This document shows, in pieces, positions 1-10,252 of a stretch of DNA of 64,000 nucleotides (within the stretch, counting starts at the first letter, position 1; every line of letters begins with the position of its first letter). The notes beneath the pieces are model-generated. The model saw only the letters and a list, made by a program, of their open reading frames with translations, ran no database searches and had not been told where the DNA came from. The stretch comes from Escherichia coli O157:H7. GTDB lineage: Bacteria > Pseudomonadota > Gammaproteobacteria > Enterobacterales > Enterobacteriaceae. Made by a program: the position numbers and the translations under genes. The stretch lies in the NCBI RefSeq assembly GCF_013167455.1, contig NZ_CP038328.1; one strand, given 5' to 3'.

Positions 1-154
1 GTGGCTTAAGCGGGAGAAATAAAATTCAGCGGCGTCCTGACGCCAGGGTAAAGTAATCACAGCGGGAGATAACGTCTTCATCAGTCCTGACTCTACTGGC
101 TATGTGCCGGGTAGCATGAAATAATTAGCGCCAACAATTTAGCAGGAGTTAACA

Positions 155-334
155 ATGTTTGCAGGTTTACCTTCACTCACCCATGAACAGCAGCAAAAAG
201 CTGTCGAGCGGATCCAGGAACTGATGGCACAAGGGATGAGCAGCGGCCAGGCAATCGCGCTGGTGGCAGAAGAGCTGCGTGCCAACCACTCCGGCGAGCG
301 AATCGTGGCGCGTTTTGAGGATGAAGACGAGTAA
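155..334 (+). CDS. yoaH: UPF0181-family small protein YoaH (59 aa)
   Basis: ATG at 155, TAA at 332-334; translation [59 protein letters not shown] recognised as YoaH; below the 60-aa cutoff of the ORF track. Confidence 0.8.
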
Positions 335-390
335 CACACTAATCCGTATCGATTTCGTTATAGAAGCTGATGATTATTTGATTGTGAGAA

Positions 391-426
391 AAAGGACGCT
401 TTTTATATGTGATTAAAAGCGTCCTG
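391..426. terminator. Hairpin between convergent yoaH and yoaC (11-bp perfect stem aggacgctttt / aaaagcgtcct); likely bidirectional terminator
   Basis: Inverted repeat read directly; U-run follows on the minus-strand transcript. Confidence 0.5.
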
Positions 427-453
427 ACCCATTTATGCTGATATAAATTTAAC

Positions 454-753
454 TCAGACCAGTGCTTTTAGTTCTTCCTGCATATATGTTGAAAAGTACT
501 CAGGATTTTTAATCACAGAGCGTTCACCTGTCTCCATTTTTTTTGCCCATCCAACCATTTTTTCCGTGAACCCAGGGTTCCAGCCTTCCTGGTCAGCTCG
601 CGCCGTAATATCAGCGGCACTCGCGGGTACTCCCAGTTCTTTTAAATATTTAAAGATTCCCTTCGCCGTGCTTTCATTCATCGAACTTGGTGTTGGCGCT
701 GATACATCCATGGCACCAATGAAATCCAGGGCTTTATCTATTACAGCAGGCAT
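454..753 (-). CDS. yoaC: DUF1889 protein YoaC
   Basis: ORF 454..813; start taken at internal Met (MPAVIDKALDF...) to give 99 aa; sequence recognised. Confidence 0.7.
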   Translation of the reverse strand: MPAVIDKALDFIGAMDVSAPTPSSMNESTAKGIFKYLKELGVPASAADITARADQEGWNPGFTEKMVGWAKKMETGERSVIKNPEYFSTYMQEELKALV

Positions 754-1174
754 ATTCTTATCCTTAAAATTAACCATGTTATCGATAAGGCTATATATGA
801 CCTTAATTTGCATCTAATATCAAAGGGATTATAACGATATGGCACGAGTTAACCTGTTGATATTCAGGTGTTTTAAAGGTAGCAGCTCATGGTGTGTTAT
901 CCAGTAAGATGGAGAAAATTAACGGTCAGTCCGCACGCTATAACCAGATTGTTCAGCTAAGAAAGAAAACCAGAGTTGCTAATCAAAGGGCGAACACAAC
1001 GGCATGGTTATGTTTATTTATATAGTTAGTTTTATAGATAAAATTGAAATTATAAAAATAAATAATGAATTAGCAGAAGCATCAACAGTAATATCTTATT
1101 CTCTGGTCGATTTATGTATAACCGACCAGTATTATCGATAAATTATCGTCTGACTTATTTTGCTTCGATAAAGC

Positions 1175-1519
1175 TTACACCGCAGCCACAATCTTAATTT
1201 CAACTTTATACTTCGGGTTCATCAAACCCGCTTGTACCGTGCAGCGCACCGGCGCATGACCCGCGACAACCCAGGCATCCCACGCTTTATTCATCGCCGC
1301 GAAGTCGTTTTTATCGGCCAGGAAAATGGTGGCATCCAGAATGCTCGATTTATTGCTGCCCTGTTTTTCCAGCACGGCGTCAATCTGCGCCAGGGTGTTG
1401 GCGGTTTGCTCAAAGGCATCGGCGTCGAGGTTTTCCGGTACACCAGTGTAGTAGAGCGTGTTGTTGTGGATTACTACATCAGACCAGCGGGCTTCAGCAT
1501 CGATACGAACGATAGTCAT
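1175..1519 (-). CDS. yoaB: RidA/YjgF-family protein YoaB
   Basis: ORF 1175..1567; start at MTIVRIDAEARW gives 114 aa; RidA-like C-terminus (VRCTVQAGLMNPKYKVEIKIVAAV). Confidence 0.8.
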   Translation of the reverse strand: MTIVRIDAEARWSDVVIHNNTLYYTGVPENLDADAFEQTANTLAQIDAVLEKQGSNKSSILDATIFLADKNDFAAMNKAWDAWVVAGHAPVRCTVQAGLMNPKYKVEIKIVAAV

Positions 1520-1624
1520 CATTTTATCCTCATTATCCTTCCATTTTCGTGCTGCAAAGACTGCCACAATGTGAGGTCGCCGTCACCACTTCAACTGGCG
1601 AAAGCGCCCTCATCCTGACATAAT

Positions 1625-1644
1625 CCCTGTTCAAATCAACAGGG
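1625..1644 (+). promoter_or_regulatory. Putative LexA operator (CTGT-N8-ACAG palindrome) just upstream of yoaA
   Basis: ccCTGTtcaaatcaACAGgg ends 6 nt before the GTG start of yoaA; matches LexA box consensus spacing. Confidence 0.45.
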
Positions 1645-1650
1645 GGTAGT

Positions 1651-3561
1651 GTGACGGACGATTTTGCACCAGACGGTCAGCTGGCGAAAGCGATACCAGG
1701 CTTTAAGCCGCGAGAACCACAGCGACAGATGGCGGTAGCCGTCACCCAGGCGATAGAAAAAGGCCAGCCGCTGGTGGTGGAAGCAGGAACCGGTACGGGC
1801 AAAACCTACGCTTACCTGGCCCCTGCGCTGCGGGCGAAAAAGAAAGTCATTATCTCGACCGGCTCAAAAGCGTTGCAGGATCAGCTCTATAGCCGCGATT
1901 TGCCGACGGTCTCAAAGGCGTTGAAATACACGGGCAACGTGGCGTTGCTGAAAGGGCGCTCAAACTACCTCTGCCTCGAACGTCTCGAACAGCAGGCGCT
2001 GGCGGGGGGCGATCTTCCGGTACAAATATTAAGCGATGTGATCCTGCTGCGCTCCTGGTCTAATCAAACAGTCGATGGTGATATCAGCACCTGCGTCAGC
2101 GTGGCGGAAGATTCGCAGGCGTGGCCGCTGGTCACCAGCACCAACGACAACTGTCTTGGCAGCGACTGCCCGATGTATAAAGATTGCTTTGTGGTCAAAG
2201 CACGTAAAAAAGCGATGGACGCCGATGTGGTGGTGGTAAACCATCATCTCTTTCTGGCGGATATGGTGGTTAAAGAGAGTGGATTTGGCGAGTTGATCCC
2301 GGAAGCGGACGTCATGATCTTCGACGAAGCCCACCAGCTACCGGACATTGCCAGCCAGTATTTTGGTCAGTCACTCTCCAGTCGACAACTGCTCGACCTG
2401 GCAAAAGACATCACCATCGCCTACCGCACCGAATTAAAAGACACCCAGCAGTTACAAAAGTGCGCTGATCGTCTTGCCCAGAGTGCGCAGGATTTTCGTC
2501 TGCAACTCGGTGAACCAGGTTATCGCGGTAACCTGCGTGAGCTGTTAGCTAATCCGCAAATTCAGCGGGCATTTTTACTGCTCGATGACACCCTGGAACT
2601 TTGTTATGACGTGGCGAAACTGTCACTGGGGCGTTCCGCCTTGCTGGATGCGGCATTTGAGCGCGCCACGTTGTATCGCACACGGCTGAAGCGGCTAAAA
2701 GAGATCAATCAGCCGGGCTACAGCTACTGGTACGAATGCACTTCGCGCCATTTTACTCTGGCTCTCACGCCGCTCAGCGTGGCGGATAAATTCAAAGAGT
2801 TAATGGCGCAAAAGCCCGGTAGCTGGATCTTCACCTCAGCAACGCTGTCGGTAAACGACGATCTGCATCATTTCACCTCGCGGCTTGGGATAGAACAGGC
2901 GGAGTCGTTGCTATTGCCAAGCCCGTTTGATTACAGCCGCCAGGCGTTACTCTGTGTGCCGCGCAACCTGCCGCAAACCAATCAACCGGGTTCCGCGCGG
3001 CAACTGGCGGCTATGCTGCGCCCGATCATCGAAGCTAACAACGGTCGCTGTTTTATGCTTTGTACCTCGCACGCCATGATGCGCGATCTGGCCGAGCAGT
3101 TCCGCGCTACCATGACGCTTCCCGTATTATTGCAGGGGGAAACCAGCAAAGGGCAACTGTTGCAGCAATTTGTCAGTGCCGGTAACGCGCTTCTTGTGGC
3201 AACCAGTAGTTTCTGGGAGGGGGTGGACGTGCGTGGCGATACATTGTCATTGGTGATTATCGACAAATTGCCGTTTACCTCGCCTGATGATCCATTGTTA
3301 AAAGCGCGCATGGAAGATTGCCGTTTGCGCGGTGGCGACCCGTTCGATGAAGTACAACTGCCGGATGCGGTGATTACTCTCAAGCAGGGAGTCGGGCGAC
3401 TGATTCGCGACGCCGACGATCGCGGGGTTTTGGTAATTTGTGACAATCGGCTGGTGATGCGTCCTTACGGCGCGACGTTTCTCGCCAGTCTGCCGCCCGC
3501 GCCACGCACCCGTGACATTGCCCGTGCGGTTCGTTTCCTTGCGATACCATCCTCCAGGTAA
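1651..3561 (+). CDS. yoaA: DinG-family ATP-dependent DNA helicase YoaA
   Basis: 636-aa ORF, GTG start; Walker A GTGTGKT, DEAH motif (FDEAHQL), Fe-S cysteines; recognised as YoaA. Confidence 0.85.
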   Translation: MTDDFAPDGQLAKAIPGFKPREPQRQMAVAVTQAIEKGQPLVVEAGTGTGKTYAYLAPALRAKKKVIISTGSKALQDQLYSRDLPTVSKALKYTGNVALLKGRSNYLCLERLEQQALAGGDLPVQILSDVILLRSWSNQTVDGDISTCVSVAEDSQAWPLVTSTNDNCLGSDCPMYKDCFVVKARKKAMDADVVVVNHHLFLADMVVKESGFGELIPEADVMIFDEAHQLPDIASQYFGQSLSSRQLLDLAKDITIAYRTELKDTQQLQKCADRLAQSAQDFRLQLGEPGYRGNLRELLANPQIQRAFLLLDDTLELCYDVAKLSLGRSALLDAAFERATLYRTRLKRLKEINQPGYSYWYECTSRHFTLALTPLSVADKFKELMAQKPGSWIFTSATLSVNDDLHHFTSRLGIEQAESLLLPSPFDYSRQALLCVPRNLPQTNQPGSARQLAAMLRPIIEANNGRCFMLCTSHAMMRDLAEQFRATMTLPVLLQGETSKGQLLQQFVSAGNALLVATSSFWEGVDVRGDTLSLVIIDKLPFTSPDDPLLKARMEDCRLRGGDPFDEVQLPDAVITLKQGVGRLIRDADDRGVLVICDNRLVMRPYGATFLASLPPAPRTRDIARAVRFLAIPSSR

Positions 3562-3618
3562 TTTGTTACGGAGTATGGTATGATGCGCGCCTTTTTATTG
3601 ATCTAAGCACGAAGACCC

Positions 3619-4314
3619 ATGCGAATTCTGGCTATCGATACCGCGACAGAGGCCTGCTCTGTCGCCCTGTGGAACGACGGTACTGTCAACGCTCATTTTG
3701 AGCTTTGCCCTCGTGAACATACTCAACGAATCTTACCGATGGTGCAGGATATCCTGACCACCAGCGGAACTTCCCTGACTGATATTAACGCTCTGGCTTA
3801 CGGGCGCGGCCCCGGTAGCTTTACAGGCGTGCGCATTGGTATTGGCATCGCGCAAGGGCTGGCGCTTGGCGCGGAATTACCGATGATTGGCGTCTCCACG
3901 CTAATGACGATGGCGCAAGGGGCGTGGCGCAAAAACGGCGCAACACGCGTGCTGTCAGCCATTGACGCGCGAATGGGCGAAGTTTACTGGGCCGAATATC
4001 AGCGTGATGAAAACGGTATCTGGCACGGTGAAGAAACCGAAGCCGTACTCAAACCCGAACTCGTTCATGAACGAATGCAACAGCTTTCCGGGGAATGGGT
4101 GACGGTAGGTACAGGCTGGCAAGCCTGGCCGGATCTCGGTAAAGAGAGCGGACTGGTTTTGCGCGACGGAGAAGTTTTACTGCCCGCTGCAGAAGATATG
4201 CTGCCGATTGCTTGTCAGATGTTTGCCGAGGGTAAAACGGTGGCGGTGGAACATGCCGAACCGGTTTATTTACGTAACAACGTCGCATGGAAGAAACTTC
4301 CGGGCAAAGAATGA
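3619..4314 (+). CDS. tsaB: tRNA threonylcarbamoyladenosine biosynthesis protein TsaB (YeaZ)
   Basis: 231-aa [21 protein letters not shown]...; recognised. Confidence 0.85.
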   Translation: MRILAIDTATEACSVALWNDGTVNAHFELCPREHTQRILPMVQDILTTSGTSLTDINALAYGRGPGSFTGVRIGIGIAQGLALGAELPMIGVSTLMTMAQGAWRKNGATRVLSAIDARMGEVYWAEYQRDENGIWHGEETEAVLKPELVHERMQQLSGEWVTVGTGWQAWPDLGKESGLVLRDGEVLLPAAEDMLPIACQMFAEGKTVAVEHAEPVYLRNNVAWKKLPGKE

Positions 4315-4353
4315 ATCTTAAGAGTATGCCCTGAGAAAAAAAGGAGTCGCATC

Positions 4354-4935
4354 ATGGCGGTTCAAAAGAATGTTATCAAAGGCATACTGGCAGGTACGTT
4401 TGCGCTAATGCTGAGCGGTTGTGTCACTGTGCCGGACGCCATTAAAGGCAGCAGTCCCACGCCGCAACAAGATTTAGTTCGGGTGATGAGTGCGCCGCAG
4501 CTGTACGTTGGTCAGGAGGCACGCTTTGGTGGCAAAGTGGTTGCGGTACAAAACCAGCAAGGGAAAACCCGCCTGGAAATTGCTACCGTACCGCTGGACA
4601 GCGGAGCCAGACCGACGCTGGGAGAACCTTCTCGCGGTCGCATTTATGCCGATGTGAACGGTTTTCTGGACCCGGTGGATTTCCGTGGACAACTGGTTAC
4701 GGTAGTCGGGCCAATCACTGGTGCGGTTGACGGAAAAATCGGCAACACGCCCTATAAATTTATGGTGATGCAGGCAACAGGTTACAAACGTTGGCATTTA
4801 ACCCAGCAGGTGATTATGCCGCCTCAGCCGATTGATCCCTGGTTTTATGGCGGTCGTGGCTGGCCCTATGGCCACGGCGGATGGGGCTGGTATAATCCCG
4901 GCCCCGCGAGAGTACAAACAGTTGTAACTGAATAA
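4354..4935 (+). CDS. yeaY: Slp-family outer-membrane lipoprotein YeaY
   Basis: 193-aa ORF with signal peptide and lipobox (LSGC); recognised. Confidence 0.75.
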   Translation: MAVQKNVIKGILAGTFALMLSGCVTVPDAIKGSSPTPQQDLVRVMSAPQLYVGQEARFGGKVVAVQNQQGKTRLEIATVPLDSGARPTLGEPSRGRIYADVNGFLDPVDFRGQLVTVVGPITGAVDGKIGNTPYKFMVMQATGYKRWHLTQQVIMPPQPIDPWFYGGRGWPYGHGGWGWYNPGPARVQTVVTE

Positions 4936-4957
4936 TTGCTTGTTTTTAAAGAAAAAG

Positions 4958-4985
4958 AAACAGCGGCTGGTCCGCTGTTTCTGCA
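4958..4985 (+). terminator. Intrinsic terminator after yeaY
   Basis: aaacagcgg-ctggt-ccgctgttt hairpin followed by T-rich tail. Confidence 0.5.
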
Positions 4986-5050
4986 TTCTTACGGTAAAGA
5001 TAAAAATAAATAGTGACGCGCTTCGCAACCTTTTCGTTGGGTAATTATCA

Positions 5051-5067
5051 AGCTGGTATGATGAGTT
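5051..5067 (+). promoter_or_regulatory. Putative FadR operator in fadD promoter region
   Basis: agctggtatgatgagtt resembles the FadR consensus (AnCTGGTCnGACCTnnT); position about 75 nt upstream of the fadD start. Confidence 0.4.
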
Positions 5068-5139
5068 AATATTATGTTAACGGCATGTATATCATTTGGG
5101 GTTGCGATGACGACGAACACGCATTTTAGAGGTGAAGAA

Positions 5140-6825
5140 TTGAAGAAGGTTTGGCTTAACCGTTATCCCGCGGACGTTCCGACGGAGATCAACCCTGACC
5201 GTTATCAATCTCTGGTAGATATGTTTGAGCAGTCGGTCGCGCGCTACGCCGATCAGCCTGCGTTTGTGAATATGGGGGAGGTGATGACCTTCCGCAAGCT
5301 GGAAGAACGCAGTCGCGCGTTTGCCGCTTATTTGCAACAAGGGTTGGGGCTGAAGAAAGGCGATCGCGTTGCGTTGATGATGCCTAATTTATTGCAATAT
5401 CCGGTGGCGCTGTTTGGCATTTTGCGTGCCGGGATGATCGTCGTAAACGTTAACCCGTTGTATACCCCGCGTGAGCTTGAGCATCAGCTTAACGATAGCG
5501 GCGCATCGGCGATTGTCATTGTGTCCAACTTTGCTCACACGCTGGAAAAAGTGGTCGATAAAACCGCAGTTCAGCACGTTATCCTGACCCGTATGGGCGA
5601 TCAGCTTTCCACAGCGAAAGGCACACTGGTTAACTTCGTTGTTAAATACATCAAACGTCTGGTGCCGAAATATCATCTGCCAGATGCCATTTCATTTCGT
5701 AGCGCCCTGCACAACGGCTACCGTATGCAGTATGTCAAACCTGAACTGGTGCCAGAAGATTTAGCCTTCCTGCAATACACTGGCGGCACCACAGGTGTGG
5801 CGAAAGGCGCGATGCTGACTCACCGCAATATGCTGGCGAACCTGGAACAAGTTAACGCTACGTATGGGCCTCTGCTGCATCCGGGCAAAGAGCTGGTGGT
5901 GACGGCGCTGCCGCTGTATCACATTTTTGCACTGACCATTAACTGCCTGCTGTTTATCGAACTGGGTGGGCAGAACCTGCTTATCACTAACCCGCGGGAT
6001 ATTCCGGGGCTGGTCAAAGAGCTGGCGAAATATCCGTTTACCGCTATCACCGGCGTAAACACCTTGTTCAACGCGTTGCTGAACAATAAAGAGTTTCAAC
6101 AACTGGATTTCTCCAGTCTGCACCTTTCTGCAGGCGGTGGGATGCCTGTTCAGCAAGTGGTGGCAGAACGCTGGGTGAAACTGACCGGACAGTATCTGCT
6201 GGAAGGTTATGGCCTGACCGAATGTGCGCCGCTGGTCAGCGTGAACCCCTATGATATTGATTATCATAGCGGTAGCATTGGTTTGCCGGTGCCGTCGACG
6301 GAAGCCAAACTGGTGGATGACGACGATAATGAAGTATCGCCAGGTCAGCCAGGTGAACTTTGCGTCAGAGGTCCACAGGTGATGCTGGGCTATTGGCAGC
6401 GTCCGGATGCTACCGATGAAATCATCAAAAACGGCTGGTTACACACTGGCGACATCGCGGTAATGGATGAAGAAGGATTCCTGCGCATTGTCGATCGTAA
6501 AAAAGACATGATTTTGGTTTCCGGTTTTAACGTCTATCCCAACGAGATTGAAGATGTCGTCATGCAGCATCCTGGCGTACAGGAAGTCGCGGCTGTTGGT
6601 GTACCTTCCGGCTCCAGTGGTGAAGCGGTGAAAATCTTCGTAGTGAAAAAAGATCCATCGCTTACCGAAGAGTCACTGGTGACCTTTTGCCGCCGTCAGC
6701 TCACGGGCTACAAAGTACCGAAGCTGGTGGAGTTTCGTGATGAGTTACCGAAATCTAACGTCGGAAAAATTTTGCGACGAGAATTACGTGACGAAGCGCG
6801 CGGCAAAGTGGACAATAAAGCCTGA
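5140..6825 (+). CDS. fadD: Long-chain-fatty-acid--CoA ligase FadD
   Basis: 561 codons from a TTG start ([14 protein letters not shown]...); AMP-binding motifs ([17 protein letters not shown]); ORF track extends to upstream ATG at 5074. Confidence 0.9.
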   Translation: MKKVWLNRYPADVPTEINPDRYQSLVDMFEQSVARYADQPAFVNMGEVMTFRKLEERSRAFAAYLQQGLGLKKGDRVALMMPNLLQYPVALFGILRAGMIVVNVNPLYTPRELEHQLNDSGASAIVIVSNFAHTLEKVVDKTAVQHVILTRMGDQLSTAKGTLVNFVVKYIKRLVPKYHLPDAISFRSALHNGYRMQYVKPELVPEDLAFLQYTGGTTGVAKGAMLTHRNMLANLEQVNATYGPLLHPGKELVVTALPLYHIFALTINCLLFIELGGQNLLITNPRDIPGLVKELAKYPFTAITGVNTLFNALLNNKEFQQLDFSSLHLSAGGGMPVQQVVAERWVKLTGQYLLEGYGLTECAPLVSVNPYDIDYHSGSIGLPVPSTEAKLVDDDDNEVSPGQPGELCVRGPQVMLGYWQRPDATDEIIKNGWLHTGDIAVMDEEGFLRIVDRKKDMILVSGFNVYPNEIEDVVMQHPGVQEVAAVGVPSGSSGEAVKIFVVKKDPSLTEESLVTFCRRQLTGYKVPKLVEFRDELPKSNVGKILRRELRDEARGKVDNKA

Positions 6826-6843
6826 GCGTTAAGTCAGTCGTCA

Positions 6844-6870
6844 GACGCCGGTTAATCCGGCGTTTTTTTT
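6844..6870 (+). terminator. Intrinsic terminator after fadD
   Basis: acgccgg-ttaat-ccggcgt hairpin followed by T8 run; lies where the sRNA SroD is mapped in K-12 as I recall (not annotated here). Confidence 0.6.
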
Positions 6871-6894
6871 GACGCCCACTAAAGAGAAAACAAT

Positions 6895-8022
6895 TTGAAT
6901 TACCAAATGATTACCACGGACGATGCGCTGGCTTCTTTGTGTGAAGCCGTCCGTGCCTTTCCGGCGATAGCCCTGGATACTGAATTTGTTCGTACGCGCA
7001 CTTATTACCCGCAGCTGGGGTTGATTCAACTTTTCGATGGCGAGCATCTGGCGCTAATTGATCCTCTCGGGATCACCGACTGGTCACCGCTGAAAGCGAT
7101 CCTGCGCGATCCGTCCATCACAAAATTTCTCCATGCAGGCAGTGAAGATCTGGAAGTGTTCCTCAATGTCTTTGGCGAATTACCACAACCCCTGATTGAC
7201 ACGCAAATCCTTGCTGCCTTCTGCGGACGCCCGATGTCATGGGGTTTCGCTTCCATGGTGGAAGAGTATTCCGGCGTTACGCTGGACAAGAGTGAATCGC
7301 GCACCGACTGGCTGGCCAGACCGCTGACCGAACGTCAGTGTGAATATGCAGCGGCGGATGTCTGGTATCTGTTACCGATCACCGCCAAGCTTATGGTAGA
7401 AACGGAGGCCTCCGGCTGGCTACCAGCGGCGCTGGATGAATGTCGCCTGATGCAAATGCGTCGTCAGGAAGTCGTTGCGCCGGAAGATGCCTGGCGTGAT
7501 ATCACCAATGCCTGGCAATTACGCACACGCCAACTGGCCTGTCTGCAACTGTTAGCCGACTGGCGACTGCGCAAGGCGCGAGAGCGCGATCTGGCGGTGA
7601 ACTTTGTCGTGCGTGAAGAGCATTTGTGGTCGGTAGCGCGTTATATGCCGGGAAGTTTAGGCGAACTGGACAGCCTGGGTTTATCCGGTAGCGAAATCCG
7701 CTTTCACGGTAAAACGCTGCTGGCGCTGGTGGAAAAAGCGCAGACATTGCCGGAAGAGGCCTTACCGCAGCCGATGCTTAACCTGATGGACATGCCGGGT
7801 TATCGTAAAGCGTTTAAAGCGATTAAGTCGCTGATTACTGACGTGAGCGAAACGCACAAGATCAGCGCCGAATTGCTGGCATCGCGTCGGCAAATCAACC
7901 AACTGCTGAACTGGCACTGGAAACTGAAACCGCAGAACAATTTGCCGGAGCTGATTTCCGGCTGGCGTGGTGAGCTGATGGCGGAAGCATTACACAATTT
8001 ATTGCAGGAATATCCGCAGTAA
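6895..8022 (+). CDS. rnd: Ribonuclease D
   Basis: 375-aa ORF from a TTG start (MNYQMITTDDALASL...); DEDDy exonuclease and HRDC features; recognised. Confidence 0.85.
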   Translation: MNYQMITTDDALASLCEAVRAFPAIALDTEFVRTRTYYPQLGLIQLFDGEHLALIDPLGITDWSPLKAILRDPSITKFLHAGSEDLEVFLNVFGELPQPLIDTQILAAFCGRPMSWGFASMVEEYSGVTLDKSESRTDWLARPLTERQCEYAAADVWYLLPITAKLMVETEASGWLPAALDECRLMQMRRQEVVAPEDAWRDITNAWQLRTRQLACLQLLADWRLRKARERDLAVNFVVREEHLWSVARYMPGSLGELDSLGLSGSEIRFHGKTLLALVEKAQTLPEEALPQPMLNLMDMPGYRKAFKAIKSLITDVSETHKISAELLASRRQINQLLNWHWKLKPQNNLPELISGWRGELMAEALHNLLQEYPQ

Positions 8023-8028
8023 AATTTT

Positions 8029-8071
8029 CCGAAGCCGGACTGGGCGCGCTCAGCGCCACATCCGGCTTCGG
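8029..8071. repeat. REP-like extragenic palindrome between convergent rnd and yeaX
   Basis: ccgaagccgga...tccggcttcgg GC-rich palindrome read directly. Confidence 0.45.
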
Positions 8072-8075
8072 CAAA

Positions 8076-9041
8076 CTACAAATCCAACACCAGGCGTTTA
8101 CCCTTCGCACGCGAACAACAGATCAACATACTTTGCTGGCTGGCACGCTCTTCATCGCTAAAATACTGATCCCGATGGTCAGCTTCACCTTCCAGTATTG
8201 CCGTTTCGCAGGTTCCGCATACCCCTTCACGACATAAACATTCCACTTTCGCGGCTTTATTATTTTCAATAACCTGCAAAATAGTCATCTCTTCCGGCAC
8301 CACAAACTCTTTTCCGGAACGGGCAAGCACCAGGGTAAATGCATCGCCGGTTTTGTCTTCGATAGCAAATTGCTCAAAGTGCAGCGTATCGGCAGCGATG
8401 TCCAGACGCGCAGCTTCACTTCTTACCGCTTCAATTAGCGCCTCGGGGCCACAGGTATAAACGTGTGTGCCAGGTTCGATATCCGCCAATAATCGCGCTA
8501 ATTCCAGTCGTGTTCCGGTCGATGATTGATGCAAATGGACTTTCTCAGCCTGCGGATGCTGGACTAGCTCATCACGAAATGCGCAACTTTCTGGATTTCG
8601 CGAGCAGTAATGTAGCTGCCAGTCGACGTCGCTGTGTTGCAACTCTGCCATGTGCGACAGGAAAGGGGTGATACCAATACCGCCCGCGATAAACAGATGC
8701 TTTCTGGCTGAGGGAATTAGCGCAAACAGGTTATTAGGCGTTGAGATCGTTAACCGATCGCCCACTTTTACCTGCTGATGCAAAAAGCGGGAACCGCCGC
8801 GCGAGTTTTCTTCCAGTCGAACGGCAATCTGATAACTAGAGGTGTTATGCGGTGAACTCAGTAGTGAATACGCATTACTGTACTGGTTATCACCATCGCT
8901 CATCTGCACTATGATGTGACTTCCTCCGGTGAACGCAGGCAGCGGTTTGCCATCGGTTGCCACCGGCGTGAAGCGTTTCACCTGTTCGGTAAGCGGTTCC
9001 ACCTGACTCACCTGTACTTCAAACATTTGATAGTCTGACAT
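8076..9041 (-). CDS. yeaX: Carnitine monooxygenase reductase subunit (CntB/YeaX)
   Basis: 321-aa ORF; FNR-like reductase with C-terminal 2Fe-2S ferredoxin cysteines (CREGVCGTCE). Confidence 0.8.
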   Translation of the reverse strand: MSDYQMFEVQVSQVEPLTEQVKRFTPVATDGKPLPAFTGGSHIIVQMSDGDNQYSNAYSLLSSPHNTSSYQIAVRLEENSRGGSRFLHQQVKVGDRLTISTPNNLFALIPSARKHLFIAGGIGITPFLSHMAELQHSDVDWQLHYCSRNPESCAFRDELVQHPQAEKVHLHQSSTGTRLELARLLADIEPGTHVYTCGPEALIEAVRSEAARLDIAADTLHFEQFAIEDKTGDAFTLVLARSGKEFVVPEEMTILQVIENNKAAKVECLCREGVCGTCETAILEGEADHRDQYFSDEERASQQSMLICCSRAKGKRLVLDL

Positions 9042-9066
9042 TGCTGTACTCCATCAAAAATCAGCC

Positions 9067-9090
9067 CGGCGGCGGAAAATACCGCCGCCG
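9067..9090 (-). other. Intercistronic GC hairpin between cntA (yeaW) and cntB (yeaX)
   Basis: cggcggcgg-aaaata-ccgccgccg perfect 9-bp stem, followed on the minus-strand transcript by GGCUGAUUUUUG. Confidence 0.35.
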
Positions 9091-9096
9091 ATGTCA

Positions 9097-10221
9097 TTAG
9101 TCCTTAAATACCTGCGCCAGCAGATTATGGAAATGGGCGATACCATGTTCGGAAATGCCGCTACCGCTACTGTCGGCCATGATGCGCCCCTGACCACGAT
9201 AGCCACGCGATTTCAGCCCTTTCTGTACGCTTTCAACCAGACGTAAATCTTCCGGACGGAACACATCGCGATACCACTCAATCAGCGATTTTTGCTCGTC
9301 GGTTAACTCTTCATTGGTGAAGTAAATATCGTAGTTTTGCAGGGTAGTTTCAGAATCCACCGGGAATTCATAAATGACCGTCATCATCCCTTTGATCGGG
9401 GTGACATTCAGCATCGTGCACGGCCACAGCCAGAAACCGTGGAATGCCGCATCCGTACCCTCTTCAAATTTAAACGACTGTTCGGACGGTTTGGCGAAAC
9501 CGTATTGCAGCGTCCAGTTACCGTGCATGGTGTGCCAGTAACGATCAACCTGTACGGAGTCGGAGAAACCTGGATGCGCCGGACCACAGTGATAGCACTC
9601 GAGATAGTTATCGACAATGTTCTTCCAGTTGGCAGGCGTGCGGGTGGTAAAGCGGGCCGCCAGTTTCAGATCGTGGACTTCCGGGCAGGCTTCCAGCACT
9701 TTCGCGCCCAGACCGGGTAACTGATCTTCTACGCTGGTGGCGTTGGGGTCCATGTTGATGAAGACGAATCCGGCATATTCTTCCAGACGCACCGGAACCA
9801 GTTGCGCTTTGTCGCTATCGAAATTGGCGACGTTTTCGCAGTTACGTGCATGGGCCAGATTGCCATCGAGTTTGAATGCCCATGCGTGATATGGGCAGGT
9901 AATCACATTTTTTGCTTTTCCTTCACCGCTCAACAACTGATGACCACGGTGCGGACACACGTTATAGAACGCGCGCAAAACCTTATCACGACCGCGTACC
10001 AGCACGATGCTTTCGCCAATGATCTCACGCGTCACATAATCATTGGCATTCGCCAGTTCGCTGCTGTGAGCGACGCAAATCCAGCTTTTGGCGAAGACGT
10101 TCTCTTTTTCGTGTTCAAAGGCGTTCTGATCGGTATAAAAACGGGCAGGAATGGTCCACGCCTCTTGCGGGTTAGCGCAAAAATTTTCGGGTAGTACAAA
10201 GTCAGGGCTCAGATTGCTCAT
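9097..10221 (-). CDS. yeaW: Carnitine monooxygenase oxygenase subunit (CntA/YeaW), Rieske-type
   Basis: Start at MSNLSPDFVLPENF gives 374 aa; Rieske motif CPHRGH...CPYHAW; ORF track extends to an upstream in-frame start at 10341. Confidence 0.8.
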   Translation of the reverse strand: MSNLSPDFVLPENFCANPQEAWTIPARFYTDQNAFEHEKENVFAKSWICVAHSSELANANDYVTREIIGESIVLVRGRDKVLRAFYNVCPHRGHQLLSGEGKAKNVITCPYHAWAFKLDGNLAHARNCENVANFDSDKAQLVPVRLEEYAGFVFINMDPNATSVEDQLPGLGAKVLEACPEVHDLKLAARFTTRTPANWKNIVDNYLECYHCGPAHPGFSDSVQVDRYWHTMHGNWTLQYGFAKPSEQSFKFEEGTDAAFHGFWLWPCTMLNVTPIKGMMTVIYEFPVDSETTLQNYDIYFTNEELTDEQKSLIEWYRDVFRPEDLRLVESVQKGLKSRGYRGQGRIMADSSGSGISEHGIAHFHNLLAQVFKD

Positions 10222-10252
10222 AGGGATACCTTTATCGTTAGGATGATGGCGC

